Counted from the stretch's first letter, positions 1 to 9,484 are shown. The stretch is 64,000 nucleotides of DNA from Caulobacteraceae bacterium (GCA_965284535.1 OZ260090.1:1577916-1641915); one strand, 5' to 3'. The notes: a model not told the origin generated them from the sequence alone. Numbers and translations: made by a program.

Positions 1-1
1 C

Positions 2-520
2 CCGGGCTCGGTCATCCCGGCCCAGTTCGACAACCCCGCCAACCCGGCCATCCACCGGGTCTCGACGGCGGAGGAAATCTGGAACGACACGGCGGGCGCG
101 GTGGACATCGTCATCTCGGGCGTCGGCACCGGCGGCACCATCACCGGCGTCGGTCAGGTGCTGAAGGCGCGCAAGGCCTCGCTGCGGATGATCGCTGTCG
201 AGCCGACGGCCTCGCCGGTGCTGTCGGGTGGCGAGCCTGGTCCGCACAAGATCCAGGGCATCGGGGCGGGCTTCATCCCCTCGATCGTCGACCGCTCGGT
301 CATCGACGGGGTCGAACAGGTGTCGAACGAGGACGCCTTCGACATGGCCCGCAAGGCCGCGCGGGTGGAGGGGATTCCGGTCGGTATTTCTTCGGGTGCC
401 GCCCTGGTCGCGGCCTTCCGTCAAGCGGCGCTGGCGGAGAACGCGGGCAAGACCATCGTGGCGATCATCCCCAGTTTTGCCGAACGCTATCTGTCGACGG
501 CCTTGTTCGAGGGGTTGTAG
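2..520 (+). CDS. cysK: Cysteine synthase A, C-terminal part (5' end outside window)
   Basis: Frame open from base 2; [34 protein letters not shown] and GISSGA motifs. Confidence 0.95.
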   Translation, partial: PGSVIPAQFDNPANPAIHRVSTAEEIWNDTAGAVDIVISGVGTGGTITGVGQVLKARKASLRMIAVEPTASPVLSGGEPGPHKIQGIGAGFIPSIVDRSVIDGVEQVSNEDAFDMARKAARVEGIPVGISSGAALVAAFRQAALAENAGKTIVAIIPSFAERYLSTALFEGL

Positions 521-527
521 CGACCGC

Positions 528-579
528 TTGAACGGTCGTTCAAATTCTCATTGACTCCGGTTCTTGAATGAGCATTCAA
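528..579. promoter_or_regulatory. Two 16-bp palindromes TTGAAY-N4-RTTCAA (528-543, 564-579) around a TTGACT -35; probable TetR operators
   Basis: ttgaacggtcgttcaa and ttgaatgagcattcaa lie upstream of an operon encoding a TetR regulator. Confidence 0.7.
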
Positions 580-605
580 TAGGGCTCGGGAACGGGAGAC
601 GACGC

Positions 606-1163
606 ATGGCTGACCCCCAGGCCGAAGCGGCCACCATGATCGCCAATCTGGAGGCCAGGACCGGCAGGTCGCTGGACGAATGGACTGCGCTGGCGCGGGG
701 CAGCGGCCAGCCGAAGCACGGGGCCCTGGTCACCTGGCTGAAGGCCGAGCATGGACTGACCCACGGCTACGCCAATCTGGTGGCGCACAAGACCTTGGCC
801 TCGGACGCCGGGTCCAGCGACGACGCCGCCCTGATGGAGGCCATGTTCGCGGGGCCGAAGGCGGCGATGCGGCCGGCCTATGACAAGGTCGCGGCCATCG
901 TCTCGGGGCTGGAGGGCGCGCAGTTCGCACCCAAGAAGGGCTATGTCAGCTTCCGCCGCAGCAAGCAGTTCGGCCTGGCCCAGCCCTCGACGAAGGATCG
1001 GCTCGATCTCGGTCTCAACCTGAAGGGCATGGAGCCGTCGGGACGGCTGGAGGCCTCGGGATCGTGGAACGCCATGGTCACCCACCGGGTCCGCATCGCC
1101 TCGGCCGACGAGATCGACGCCGATGTCGAGGCCTGGATCAGACAGGCGTGGGCGGCGGCGTGA
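606..1163 (+). CDS. DUF4287/DUF5655-type protein
   Basis: IANLEARTGRSLDEW...WLKAEHGLTHGYANLVA N-domain and PKKGYVSFRRSKQFG...WIRQAW C-domain; ATG at 606 after GGAGA. Confidence 0.8.
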   Translation: MADPQAEAATMIANLEARTGRSLDEWTALARGSGQPKHGALVTWLKAEHGLTHGYANLVAHKTLASDAGSSDDAALMEAMFAGPKAAMRPAYDKVAAIVSGLEGAQFAPKKGYVSFRRSKQFGLAQPSTKDRLDLGLNLKGMEPSGRLEASGSWNAMVTHRVRIASADEIDADVEAWIRQAWAAA

Positions 1164-1774
1164 ACGCCCCGCCCGATGTCCGCACCCGGATCGTGATGGC
1201 CGCCATGGAGCTGTTCTGGGCCAAGGGCTACAACTCCACCTCCATCGCCGACATCCTGAGCCGGACCCAGCTGAACGCCGGCAGCCTGTACCATGTGTTT
1301 CCGGGCAAGCAGGACGTGCTGATCGCCGTTCTGGAGGCCTATCGCGACGGCCTGTACGAGAACCTGGTCGACCCGGCCTGGGAGGGCGTGGACGACCCCG
1401 TGGAGCGGATCTTCGCCCTGCTGGCGCGGTACCGCTGGCTGATCCTGGAGACCGATTGCACCTATGGCTGCCCGATCGGCAGTCTGGCGCTGGAGCTGCA
1501 TGAGGCGGACCCGGTGGTGCGCGATCTGCTGGCCGTCAACTTCACCGGCTGGGTCGGGGCGATCCTGCGGTGCCTCGACGACGCCGGCGACCGGCTGCCC
1601 GCCGATCTGGACCGGCAGGCCTTGGCCGAATTCGTGCTGACGACCATGGAGGGCGGGGTGATGCAGGCCCGGACCCACCGCGACGTCGGCTATTTCGACC
1701 GGGGCGTCAGCGCACTGCGGGACCATTTCGACATGCTGCTGGCGCGCGCCGCGCGTCGGGCCGAGACTGTCTGA
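1160..1774 (+). CDS. TetR/AcrR family transcriptional regulator
   Basis: RTRIVMAAMELFWAKGYNSTSIADIL...AGSLYHVFPGK HTH; GCPIG motif; GTGA overlap with the upstream stop. Confidence 0.92.
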   Translation: MNAPPDVRTRIVMAAMELFWAKGYNSTSIADILSRTQLNAGSLYHVFPGKQDVLIAVLEAYRDGLYENLVDPAWEGVDDPVERIFALLARYRWLILETDCTYGCPIGSLALELHEADPVVRDLLAVNFTGWVGAILRCLDDAGDRLPADLDRQALAEFVLTTMEGGVMQARTHRDVGYFDRGVSALRDHFDMLLARAARRAETV

Positions 1775-1790
1775 GCGGAGGGTTCACGCC

Positions 1791-2771
1791 ATGAGACACC
1801 GGCTGATCGCCGCCGTCGCCCTGTCGCTGCTGTTCGCGGCACCCGGCCTGTCCGCCGTCGCCCAGGTCGCAGACCTTCCGCTGCCGGGCATGGGGCGTGC
1901 AGCCTACGCTCCGTTCGAGCATCTGGTCGGCCGGACGTGGCGCGGCGTGGGCACGGGGCCCGAGGCCGTCGAGGATATCCAACGCTGGGACTGGGCCGTC
2001 GGCGGCCATGCGGTCCGCGTCGTCCATTCCGTCGGCGGCGGGGCCTATGCGGGCGAGACCCTGATCTTCCGGGACAGGATCAATGGCGGCTACATCTTCC
2101 ACTACTTCACCTCTGGCGGTTTCCACACGACGGGCACGATGCGGCCGACCGGGCCTGGCGCCTTCGAAGCCGAGGAGACGGTGCATGGCCTGGACGGCTT
2201 TCCACCCCTCCGTTCCACCCTGGTGATGGGCCCCGACGGCGTCCATCGCGCGCGCAGCTTCCAGCAGGAGGACGGGGTCTGGGTCGAAAAGGGCGGCTTC
2301 GATTATCGCGAGGACGCTTCCGCGGTACCGGTCATGCCGGTGCTGGTCCCGTTTGCGCGCGAGTCCGCCGCCTCGGTCGGTCCGCTGGATCTGACCCGGC
2401 GGATCGTGGCCAGTTCGGGGACGGCGGGCGAGGATTCGGCCGGCTATCTGCGCATCCGCAACGGCTCACCGGTGGCGGATGAACTGGTGAGCGTCAGTTG
2501 CGCCTGCGCCGAGCGGGTCGAGTTCCACCGGGTGGTGCGCACGGAAACGGGCGGCAGCATGATCGACGACCCGCGCTGGACCATCCCCGCCAACGGCGCG
2601 CTGGACGTGCGGCCCGGAACGGCCCTGCACTTCATGTTGATCAATTTCGACCCGTCCGAGGCGCGAGACGGGACGGTGGTGCTGACCCTGACGTTCCGGG
2701 ACGCGGGGGCGGTCGTGACGGACTTCGCCCTGACCGCGGACAGCCGGGCGGCCTGGGAGGCATTTGATTGA
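1791..2771 (+). CDS. Secreted protein: unknown N-terminal beta-rich domain fused to a PCu(A)C-like copper chaperone domain
   Basis: Signal peptide; C-terminal SAGYLRIRNG...DELVSVSCACAERVEFH-X10-M-X22-HFM. Confidence 0.7.
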   Translation: MRHRLIAAVALSLLFAAPGLSAVAQVADLPLPGMGRAAYAPFEHLVGRTWRGVGTGPEAVEDIQRWDWAVGGHAVRVVHSVGGGAYAGETLIFRDRINGGYIFHYFTSGGFHTTGTMRPTGPGAFEAEETVHGLDGFPPLRSTLVMGPDGVHRARSFQQEDGVWVEKGGFDYREDASAVPVMPVLVPFARESAASVGPLDLTRRIVASSGTAGEDSAGYLRIRNGSPVADELVSVSCACAERVEFHRVVRTETGGSMIDDPRWTIPANGALDVRPGTALHFMLINFDPSEARDGTVVLTLTFRDAGAVVTDFALTADSRAAWEAFD

Positions 2772-2815
2772 CTGTCACAGCCGGTTAACCGACTCGGTCC
2801 TAGGATTCGCCGGAT

Positions 2816-4033
2816 ATGTCCGAGCCTGCGACCAGCCCTGAGGAAGCCGCCCCGGAAGGGAGTTTTCGCGCGCGCCATGCGTTGCTGAAACGCCTAGCCG
2901 ACGTCGTGTCCCTGCCCGCCAGCCGGATCAATGCCTTTGAACGCGCCGTGACCGGTGATCTTCTGGTCGAGATGTTGCGTCTGGCCTCGCCGGAGGACCG
3001 GCGCCGGGTCGCCTCCCGGCTGGCTCCCCTGGCCGAACTGCCCAACGCCCTGGCGCGGATGCTGCTGCGCGACGATCCGGCGATCGCGGGATTGCTCATT
3101 GAACAATGCGCCTCGCTGTCGGATGCAGATCTGGTCGCCTGCGCCCGCGACGCGACGCCCGAGCATCGCTTCCTGATGGCCAGTCGGCGGAGCCTGTCCG
3201 AGGTCGTCACCGAGACCCTGTTGAGCTTTGGCGAGAGCCACGTCATCGAGGCGGTGCTGCGCAACGGCACGGCCCGGCTGAGCCAGACGGCGATCGAGGG
3301 CGTCGTCAGCCTGAGCCGACAGGAGCCACAGCTGTGCGGGCCGGTGCTGAAGCGTCCGGAACTGAGGCCGTCAGGGGCCTATGTCATGTTCTGGTGGTGC
3401 GGTCCCGAGGATCGCCGGACGATCCTGCAGCGGTTCGCCGTCTCGCGCGAAGTCATGCAGGAGGTGTCGGAAGACGTCTTCGCCATGGCCGCGGCCGAGA
3501 ACTGGCAGGACCCGGTATCGCGCAAGGCCTTGCAGTTCATCGAGCGGCGCCAGAGGAACCGGGCGGCCATCGACAAGAGCCCCTATGGCGGGCTGGAAGA
3601 GGCCGTGGCCGCGGCGGCGACGGGCGGGCTGAACCGCGAGGTGGCGACCGAGATCGCCTATCTGTCGGGCGTGAAGCCGGTCACCGGGGCCAAGATCATG
3701 GGCGACCCGGGTGGGGAGCCCCTGGCGATCCTGTGCAAGGCGACGGGGATGGACAAGAGCGACCTGGCCAATCTGTGGCGCTCGATGCGCCGACCCGAGA
3801 CCGCGCCGGACGGATCGGTCCATCCCGCCTGGGACCGGGTGCAGATCACCTATGACATGCTGGCGGTCGACCGGGCGCAGACGGTGCTGCGCTACTGGAA
3901 CTGGTCGCTGTCCTCGGCCCTGACGCCGGCCTTGCTCAAGGCTATCCGCGACGGCGAGGAAGGCAGTCTTGACGACTATTCGGCCCCCGAACGCGCGGCC
4001 ATGCTGGCGCTGGCGGATAATTTCGGACGTTAG
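2816..4033 (+). CDS. DUF2336 domain-containing protein
   Basis: 405-aa helical ORF; RRRVASRLA, LSDADLVACA, VIEAVLRNGTARLS segments typical of DUF2336. Confidence 0.8.
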   Translation: MSEPATSPEEAAPEGSFRARHALLKRLADVVSLPASRINAFERAVTGDLLVEMLRLASPEDRRRVASRLAPLAELPNALARMLLRDDPAIAGLLIEQCASLSDADLVACARDATPEHRFLMASRRSLSEVVTETLLSFGESHVIEAVLRNGTARLSQTAIEGVVSLSRQEPQLCGPVLKRPELRPSGAYVMFWWCGPEDRRTILQRFAVSREVMQEVSEDVFAMAAAENWQDPVSRKALQFIERRQRNRAAIDKSPYGGLEEAVAAAATGGLNREVATEIAYLSGVKPVTGAKIMGDPGGEPLAILCKATGMDKSDLANLWRSMRRPETAPDGSVHPAWDRVQITYDMLAVDRAQTVLRYWNWSLSSALTPALLKAIRDGEEGSLDDYSAPERAAMLALADNFGR

Positions 4034-4198
4034 TGGATCGCGGGTCTCCGATACCGCCGCCTATAGTGAAACCTGAAGCACTCCAGACCCGCCAATGCGA
4101 GCATGATGGGTAATGTTGCTTTCACCAAAGAACAAATCTATTGAACTCGCCAACGACTGATTCAGTCGAAAAACAAACGAACAAGGTGAGGCACGCCC

Positions 4199-4633
4199 AT
4201 GGAAGACAACGGACAACTCCTCGAGATGACCGCGGACATCGTGTCGGCCTATGTCGGCAACAACATTGTTCAAGCGGCCGAAGTGCCGGGTCTGATCTCC
4301 AGCATCCATGCGGCCCTGACCCAGGTGTCGACCGGTACCGTTGAGCCCGAACCCGAGGTCAAGGACCCCGCCGTGCCGGTGCGCAAGTCGATCACGCCCG
4401 ACTTCCTGATCTGCCTCGAAGACGGCCGCAAGTTCAAATCGCTGAAGCGCCACCTGCGCACCAAATACAATATGAGCCCCGAGGAATACCGGGCCAAATG
4501 GGGTCTGGCGAAAGACTATCCGATGGTCGCGCCGAACTATGCCAAGGCACGGTCTGAGCTGGCCAAGCAGATGGGTCTGGGCCAGGGCGGTCGCAAACCC
4601 GCCCGCGCCGCCGGTGGCCGCGCCAAGAAATAA
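4199..4633 (+). CDS. mucR: MucR/Ros family zinc-finger transcriptional regulator
   Basis: [16 protein letters not shown]; [47 protein letters not shown]...YPMVAPNYA. Confidence 0.97.
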   Translation: MEDNGQLLEMTADIVSAYVGNNIVQAAEVPGLISSIHAALTQVSTGTVEPEPEVKDPAVPVRKSITPDFLICLEDGRKFKSLKRHLRTKYNMSPEEYRAKWGLAKDYPMVAPNYAKARSELAKQMGLGQGGRKPARAAGGRAKK

Positions 4634-4655
4634 CCCGGACCAACATCCGGATTCA

Positions 4656-4688
4656 GCGCCCGCTTCCAGCAATGGAGGCGGGCGTTTT
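4656..4688 (+). terminator. Intrinsic terminator after mucR (possibly bidirectional)
   Basis: cgcccgcttcca-GCAA-tggaggcgggcg stem followed by tttt, between convergent genes. Confidence 0.8.
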
Positions 4689-4700
4689 GATTTGGGGTGA

Positions 4701-5795
4701 TCAGGCCGCCGCGGCCCCGCGGCGCATGCGCCAGAAGCGCAGGGTCCTGAGGGCGGCGTCGCGGCTCAGCTCGGCATACATGCGGGCATAGGCGTGGGCC
4801 TTGGTCATGGCGTCGCCGTCGTCATTGAGCAGCACCACCGCATAGGTCAGGAACAGCGCCCGATCGAGATCTGCGGACTTGCAGACCACGGCCAGGGCAT
4901 CCAGTTCCCGGCGATCGACGATCTGGCGGGCGGTGTGGAAGTCGATGTCCGACAGCTGGGCCAGGGCGATCAGGAACGAGGTTGTCCCGCCAGACCGCAG
5001 GAACCGCGCGAGCATCTGGGGTGTCAGCTGGCCGGCGGCCTTCAGCTCTTCAACATAGGCCGAGCATTCGGCGTAGTCGGCGGGGAGGGCACCGTCGTCC
5101 GTCGCGATCCGCGCCCGACCGGCCGCAAGGGCGCTTTCCAGCAGGCTCGGATCCATCCGCGCGTTCTGTTCGAGGATGGTGGTGCGCAGCCGGGCCTCGA
5201 CCACGAAATACATCTCGTTCAGCAGGTCTGCCGGCAGGCTGGCGCGGGAAACCGTGGCCTCGTGCAGCGCCGGATTGACCCGGGCGCGTTCGACGGCGAC
5301 CTCGGATGACTTGCGCGACAGCCGCGCCCCGTCGTTGCGGAGCAGGGTGCCCAGGGTTTCGTCATCGCCGCGCTCGACAATGACCTCGGACACGGCCTCG
5401 GACACGGACGGGCGGGCCGAGACGGCGCGCAGATGGTCCTGACCGTGTTTGCGCACCACGCCCAGCAGGTCCTCGTCGGTCAGGACGGGAGAGGCGGTCA
5501 GGACAGCGCCGGCCACGGCGACCTCGTCATTGGCCAGTCGGCGGATCAGGGCATGGGGGGCGTCGGGCGCACTGGCGAACCGGGCCGACAGCTCGGCGCG
5601 GACGGCCGTTTCCATGTCCGCCGCCAGGCTGGCCAGGACGCTGCCGTAGAGCGTGTCCTCGGTCGCCGAGCGGGCCGTGGAGCCGAAGAAATGCTCGGTC
5701 AGTTCGCGCAGAAGGGCGCGGCGTTTTTCGCTCGACCCTTCTTCGGCCATGGCGATCAGCTCGGGCAGGCGGGACGGCGTCGACGCTTCAGTCAC
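4701..5795 (-). CDS. DUF2336 domain-containing protein (second paralog)
   Basis: RLANDEVAVAGAVLTASPVLTDEDLL, LRAVSARPSVSEAVSEVIVERGDDETLGTLLRNDGARLS. Confidence 0.85.
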   Translation of the reverse strand: MTEASTPSRLPELIAMAEEGSSEKRRALLRELTEHFFGSTARSATEDTLYGSVLASLAADMETAVRAELSARFASAPDAPHALIRRLANDEVAVAGAVLTASPVLTDEDLLGVVRKHGQDHLRAVSARPSVSEAVSEVIVERGDDETLGTLLRNDGARLSRKSSEVAVERARVNPALHEATVSRASLPADLLNEMYFVVEARLRTTILEQNARMDPSLLESALAAGRARIATDDGALPADYAECSAYVEELKAAGQLTPQMLARFLRSGGTTSFLIALAQLSDIDFHTARQIVDRRELDALAVVCKSADLDRALFLTYAVVLLNDDGDAMTKAHAYARMYAELSRDAALRTLRFWRMRRGAAAA

Positions 5796-6706
5796 TGATG
5801 GTCCCCGTCGGAGGCGGCGGCGGCCGGGCGAACCCGTCCCTGGGCATCGCGGATCAGGGTCGGCCCCTGTTCCGGCACGGCCAGGTCCTGGGAGGCGATG
5901 GTTTCTGGAATGGTGACGGCGAGGGCGTCGATATAGGTCGGATCCGGTATCTCGACCGCGTCGGGCCGGCGACCGTTCTGGCGGTGAACCGAGTAGTAGC
6001 GGCCGCCCTGCCGGGGCGGGCGTTCACCGGTGTTGGAGACTTCGGCGATCCGGCGCGGTTGGGGCGGGAGGGCGGCGGCCTCCACCGGAGGCGCAACCGG
6101 AGACGAGGCCGGCTGGACGGCGGGGGCAACGGCCGGGGGCGCGTCCTGCTGCATCCGGAAGATCGGCGCGTCACGGCGTGGGGCCATGGGATCGGCCGGA
6201 TCGCCCTGGACCGGAACCCTTGAAGGAACGGGAGCGGGAGGCTGGAGGATCGCGGCGGGTATGGGCTGACCGCGACCGCCGGGATCGGGCAGATAGTCCG
6301 GGGTCGCGCGAACGGCAGGCACCGCGGCCGCCGCTGCGGGCACGGCCGGAGGCGGCGGGGGCTCGGGCGGAGGCGCGACGCGGTTCATCCAGGCATTGGC
6401 GGGTGTCAGGGTCCGGCCGGAGCCGGGCGCGGGTGTCAGGCCGCGCCGCGCCGGGGCGGGGGCGGTGACGGCGAAGCCGCCGTGCGGAATGACCGTATTG
6501 GGGCGTCTGAGGTCCCGCCTGGCCGGAGCGGCCGGTGCGGCAGGGGAGGCGGGCGCGGCCTCACCACGGCTGGACCATGACAGGTAGCGCAGGCCGCGGG
6601 CCTCACTGGCCGGACCACCGGCGCTCTGGGCCGAGGCGGTTCCGGCGAACAGCACCACACCCGCGGCGGCGAGCAGGGCGGTCGTCAGGATCGGTGCGCG
6701 GCGCAA
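5792..6706 (-). CDS. Secreted Pro/Ala-rich hypothetical protein
   Basis: TTG start with GGAG RBS, signal peptide ending ASAQS, low-complexity body, RYYSVHR motif; 4-nt overlap with the DUF2336 gene. Confidence 0.7.
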   Translation of the reverse strand: MRRAPILTTALLAAAGVVLFAGTASAQSAGGPASEARGLRYLSWSSRGEAAPASPAAPAAPARRDLRRPNTVIPHGGFAVTAPAPARRGLTPAPGSGRTLTPANAWMNRVAPPPEPPPPPAVPAAAAAVPAVRATPDYLPDPGGRGQPIPAAILQPPAPVPSRVPVQGDPADPMAPRRDAPIFRMQQDAPPAVAPAVQPASSPVAPPVEAAALPPQPRRIAEVSNTGERPPRQGGRYYSVHRQNGRRPDAVEIPDPTYIDALAVTIPETIASQDLAVPEQGPTLIRDAQGRVRPAAAASDGDHQ

Positions 6707-6756
6707 GGGAGCGTCTCCGGACGCGGGAAAGGAGTCCCACGCTAGTCATGTGTCGC

Positions 6757-6772
6757 TTAACCTGCTGCTAAC
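6757..6772. promoter_or_regulatory. CtrA-like box TTAA-N7-CTAAC
   Basis: ttaa cctgctg ctaac, one mismatch from TTAA-N7-TTAAC, ~50 nt upstream of the 5792-6706 gene. Confidence 0.55.
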
Positions 6773-6797
6773 GGCCGGGACCGGTTTTGGGGGATTT

Positions 6798-7550
6798 TCA
6801 GGAGAGGCGGCGTCGAACGGCCCGCTCCAGCAGACCGATACCGGCATTGAGCAGCAGGCCCATGGCCATCAGACAGGCCAGCGCCGCCAGCATGTCGGCG
6901 GTGCGCAGCCGGTTGCCGGCCTCCAGCAGCCGCCAGGCCAGCCCCTGGGTCGCGCCTGATCCGGACACGAATTCGGCTACCACAGCCCCGATCACGGCCA
7001 GCCCTGCGGCCACCCGCAATCCCTCGAGCGCGAACGGCAGGGCAGCGGGCAGGCGCAGGCGGCGCAGTCGCTGGACCGGCGAGGCACCGTAGAGGTCAAA
7101 CAGCCGCTCCAGATCGGGATCGGCGGACTTCAGCCCGGTCAATATGCCCGAGAACACCGGGAAGAAGGCGACGGTCGCGGCCAGGGCGACGACGGCCCGG
7201 TCCGCGTGATCCAGTCCGGCCCAGATCGTCACCAGGGGCGCGATGGCGACCACCGGCGTGACCTGCAAGGCAACGGCGAGGGGCCGGACGGCCCGTTCGG
7301 CCGGCCGGCTGAGCGAGACGGCGAGTGCCAGTCCCCCGCCGATCAGGGTCGCGATCACCAACGCCTGCAGCGCCATCCAGAAGGTGGCGGCGGAGGCGGC
7401 CGCAAGGATGGGTGCGCGAGCCAGCAAGGCGGCGGCAACCGCGCTGGGCGGGGGCAGGAACCAGGGTGGGAGTTGCAGGGTGCGGCAGGCGATCTCCCAG
7501 CCCGCGAGCAGAAGGAGGGCGAGGAGCAGGGGCGGAAGGATGCGGCTCAT
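6798..7550 (-). CDS. ABC transporter permease (NitT/TauT family)
   Basis: Multiple TM segments, LQVTPVVAIAPL, DLERLFDLYGAS...LRLPAALP EAA-like loop; start at ATG 7550. Confidence 0.9.
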   Translation of the reverse strand: MSRILPPLLLALLLLAGWEIACRTLQLPPWFLPPPSAVAAALLARAPILAAASAATFWMALQALVIATLIGGGLALAVSLSRPAERAVRPLAVALQVTPVVAIAPLVTIWAGLDHADRAVVALAATVAFFPVFSGILTGLKSADPDLERLFDLYGASPVQRLRRLRLPAALPFALEGLRVAAGLAVIGAVVAEFVSGSGATQGLAWRLLEAGNRLRTADMLAALACLMAMGLLLNAGIGLLERAVRRRLS

Positions 7551-8323
7551 GCGCCTGCTCCCGCCGGGACGGACGGCATGGCGCCCGACAGTCTGGCAGC
7601 CAGCGCCTCCACCGCCGCCCGATAGCCGGCGTCGGCGCGCCATCCCTCCGGTCGCGGCAGGGAGCCCGGCGAAGCGAGCGCGGCCGCGACGCCACCCGTC
7701 GCTGCGTCCAGCACCAGGGTCCGGCCGGCGAGATAGACTGCTTCCTCGACGTCATGGGTGACGAAGACGATAGCGGGGCGCGGGCTCCGACCGGCCCACA
7801 GGCGGTGCAGATCCTCGATCAGGCGGCGGCGGGTGACGCTGTCGAGGGCGGCGAAGGGTTCGTCGAGCAGAAGCAGGTCCGGTTCGGTGACGAGGGCCCT
7901 CGCGAGGGCGGCCCGCATGGCCATGCCGCCGGACAGCTGACGCGGGCGAGCCGTCAGGCGGTCGCCCAGGCCGACGGCGGTCAGGGCCTCGGCGGCGCGG
8001 GCACGGGCTTCGGGACGGGCCACGCCGGCCAACTCCAGCGGCAGGGCGACATTGGTCAGGGCGTCGGCCCAGGGCATCAGGGTCGCGGATTGGAAGACGA
8101 AGCCGGTGCGCCCCTCCGCCCGTCCGACCGTGCCTTCGGCCGGCGACTCCAGCCCCGCGAGCAGGCGCAGGACGGTGGACTTTCCCGCGCCCGATGCGCC
8201 GACGACAGCGACGATCTCTCCCTGGGCGACGGTCAGGCTGACGGGACCGAGCGGCGGCCGGCCGGGATAGTGGACGAGCACGCCGTCCAGGGACGCCGCG
8301 GCGTCCGTCGCGGCCTCAGCCAC
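7547..8323 (-). CDS. ABC transporter ATP-binding protein
   Basis: Walker A GASGAGKST, LSGGM signature, LLLDEPFAALD. Confidence 0.95.
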   Translation of the reverse strand: MAEAATDAAASLDGVLVHYPGRPPLGPVSLTVAQGEIVAVVGASGAGKSTVLRLLAGLESPAEGTVGRAEGRTGFVFQSATLMPWADALTNVALPLELAGVARPEARARAAEALTAVGLGDRLTARPRQLSGGMAMRAALARALVTEPDLLLLDEPFAALDSVTRRRLIEDLHRLWAGRSPRPAIVFVTHDVEEAVYLAGRTLVLDAATGGVAAALASPGSLPRPEGWRADAGYRAAVEALAARLSGAMPSVPAGAGA

Positions 8324-9356
8324 GGCCGGGCAGATATTGGGTGGTGAAGGCCTGACGCCAGTCGAGGTTGGGCGGATAGACGCCGGCCCCGGACGTCACC
8401 TCGAAGAAGGCCTGCCAGCGTTCCGCGGTCATGGCACCGAGACCGTAGAGGGCGGCGTCGCCGCCGTTGACGACTCCATTGGCTCTCAACTTCGCCCGGG
8501 CCTGATCAAGCACGTCCTGGGTCATGTCGGGATTGTCCCTGCGGATCAGGGCATCGGCCGCCTTGCCGTCGCCCTGGATATAGTCGCGCCAGCCCTCGAC
8601 CGAGGCGGCAATGAAGCTGCGCAGGGCGGCGGCATTGTCGCGGGCAAAGGCATTGGGTGCCAGGACCATGGCGGCGTAGGAGGGATAGCCCTCGTCGGCC
8701 AGCAGGAAGACCTTGGGCGCGAAGCCGCCGACCTGTTCGATGGTGTAGGGCTCCGAGGTCAGATAGCCCTGCTGCACCGCCCGCTCGTCCGCGAGGAAGG
8801 GCGCGGGGTTGAAATTGTAGGTCCGCACCTGATCGTCGGTGAAGCCGTATCTGGCCTTGAGCCAGACCCAGAAGGCATCGCGCGAGGCCGTGGCCAGAAG
8901 GATGGGCCGACCGGCCAGGTCGGCGATGGTCTGAAGCGCCGGGTCGGGGTGGGCGATGAGGACCTGGGGGTCCTTCTGGAAGAAGGCGGCGACGGCCTTC
9001 ACCGGGGCCCCTTCGGCGACGAGGTTCATCGGGATGAAGCTGTTGGAGCCCATGCCCAGTTCGACGGCACCGGAGGCCAGCAACTGGGGAACGTTCACGC
9101 CCGGCCCGCCCTGCAGAATCTGGACGTTCAGCCCGCGCCGGGCATAGGCCCCCGAGGCCAGGGCCTGATAGAAGCCGCCGTGCTCGGCCTGGGCGCGCCA
9201 GTCGGTGGCGAAGCGGAGACGGACGCGGCCTTCCTCGTCGACGGGCGCTTCCGCGCGCTGGCAGCCCGCCAGCGCCGTGGCAGCCGCGAGCGCGCCGGCG
9301 CCTGCGAGGAGGGCGCGGCGGTCAGGCGATGAGGGACGATTCCCGCGCGAGGTCAT
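8316..9356 (-). CDS. ABC substrate-binding lipoprotein, NMT1/THI5-like
   Basis: Tat-like DRRALL and lipobox LAGC; TDWRAQAEHGGFYQA, QKDPQ; the ORF-track extension to 9644 runs through repeats and is not used. Confidence 0.88.
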   Translation of the reverse strand: MTSRGNRPSSPDRRALLAGAGALAAATALAGCQRAEAPVDEEGRVRLRFATDWRAQAEHGGFYQALASGAYARRGLNVQILQGGPGVNVPQLLASGAVELGMGSNSFIPMNLVAEGAPVKAVAAFFQKDPQVLIAHPDPALQTIADLAGRPILLATASRDAFWVWLKARYGFTDDQVRTYNFNPAPFLADERAVQQGYLTSEPYTIEQVGGFAPKVFLLADEGYPSYAAMVLAPNAFARDNAAALRSFIAASVEGWRDYIQGDGKAADALIRRDNPDMTQDVLDQARAKLRANGVVNGGDAALYGLGAMTAERWQAFFEVTSGAGVYPPNLDWRQAFTTQYLPGRG

Positions 9357-9411
9357 GGCCTTGGTGTACGGCTCAGGTGCGGGGAGGGGAAGGGGCAACC
9401 GGGCCTGCTTC

Positions 9412-9470
9412 GCCCCCTCCGTCACAGCGCGAAGCCGCGCCGCGCCACCTCCCCCGGGAGGGGGAGGGGA
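9412..9470. repeat. CIR/REP-like palindromic element (family A)
   Basis: gccccctccg...gccacctccccc-ggga-gggggagg; related copies at 18703, 24118, 27058 and 62751. Confidence 0.75.
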
Positions 9471-9484
9471 CGGATCGTCCTCAA

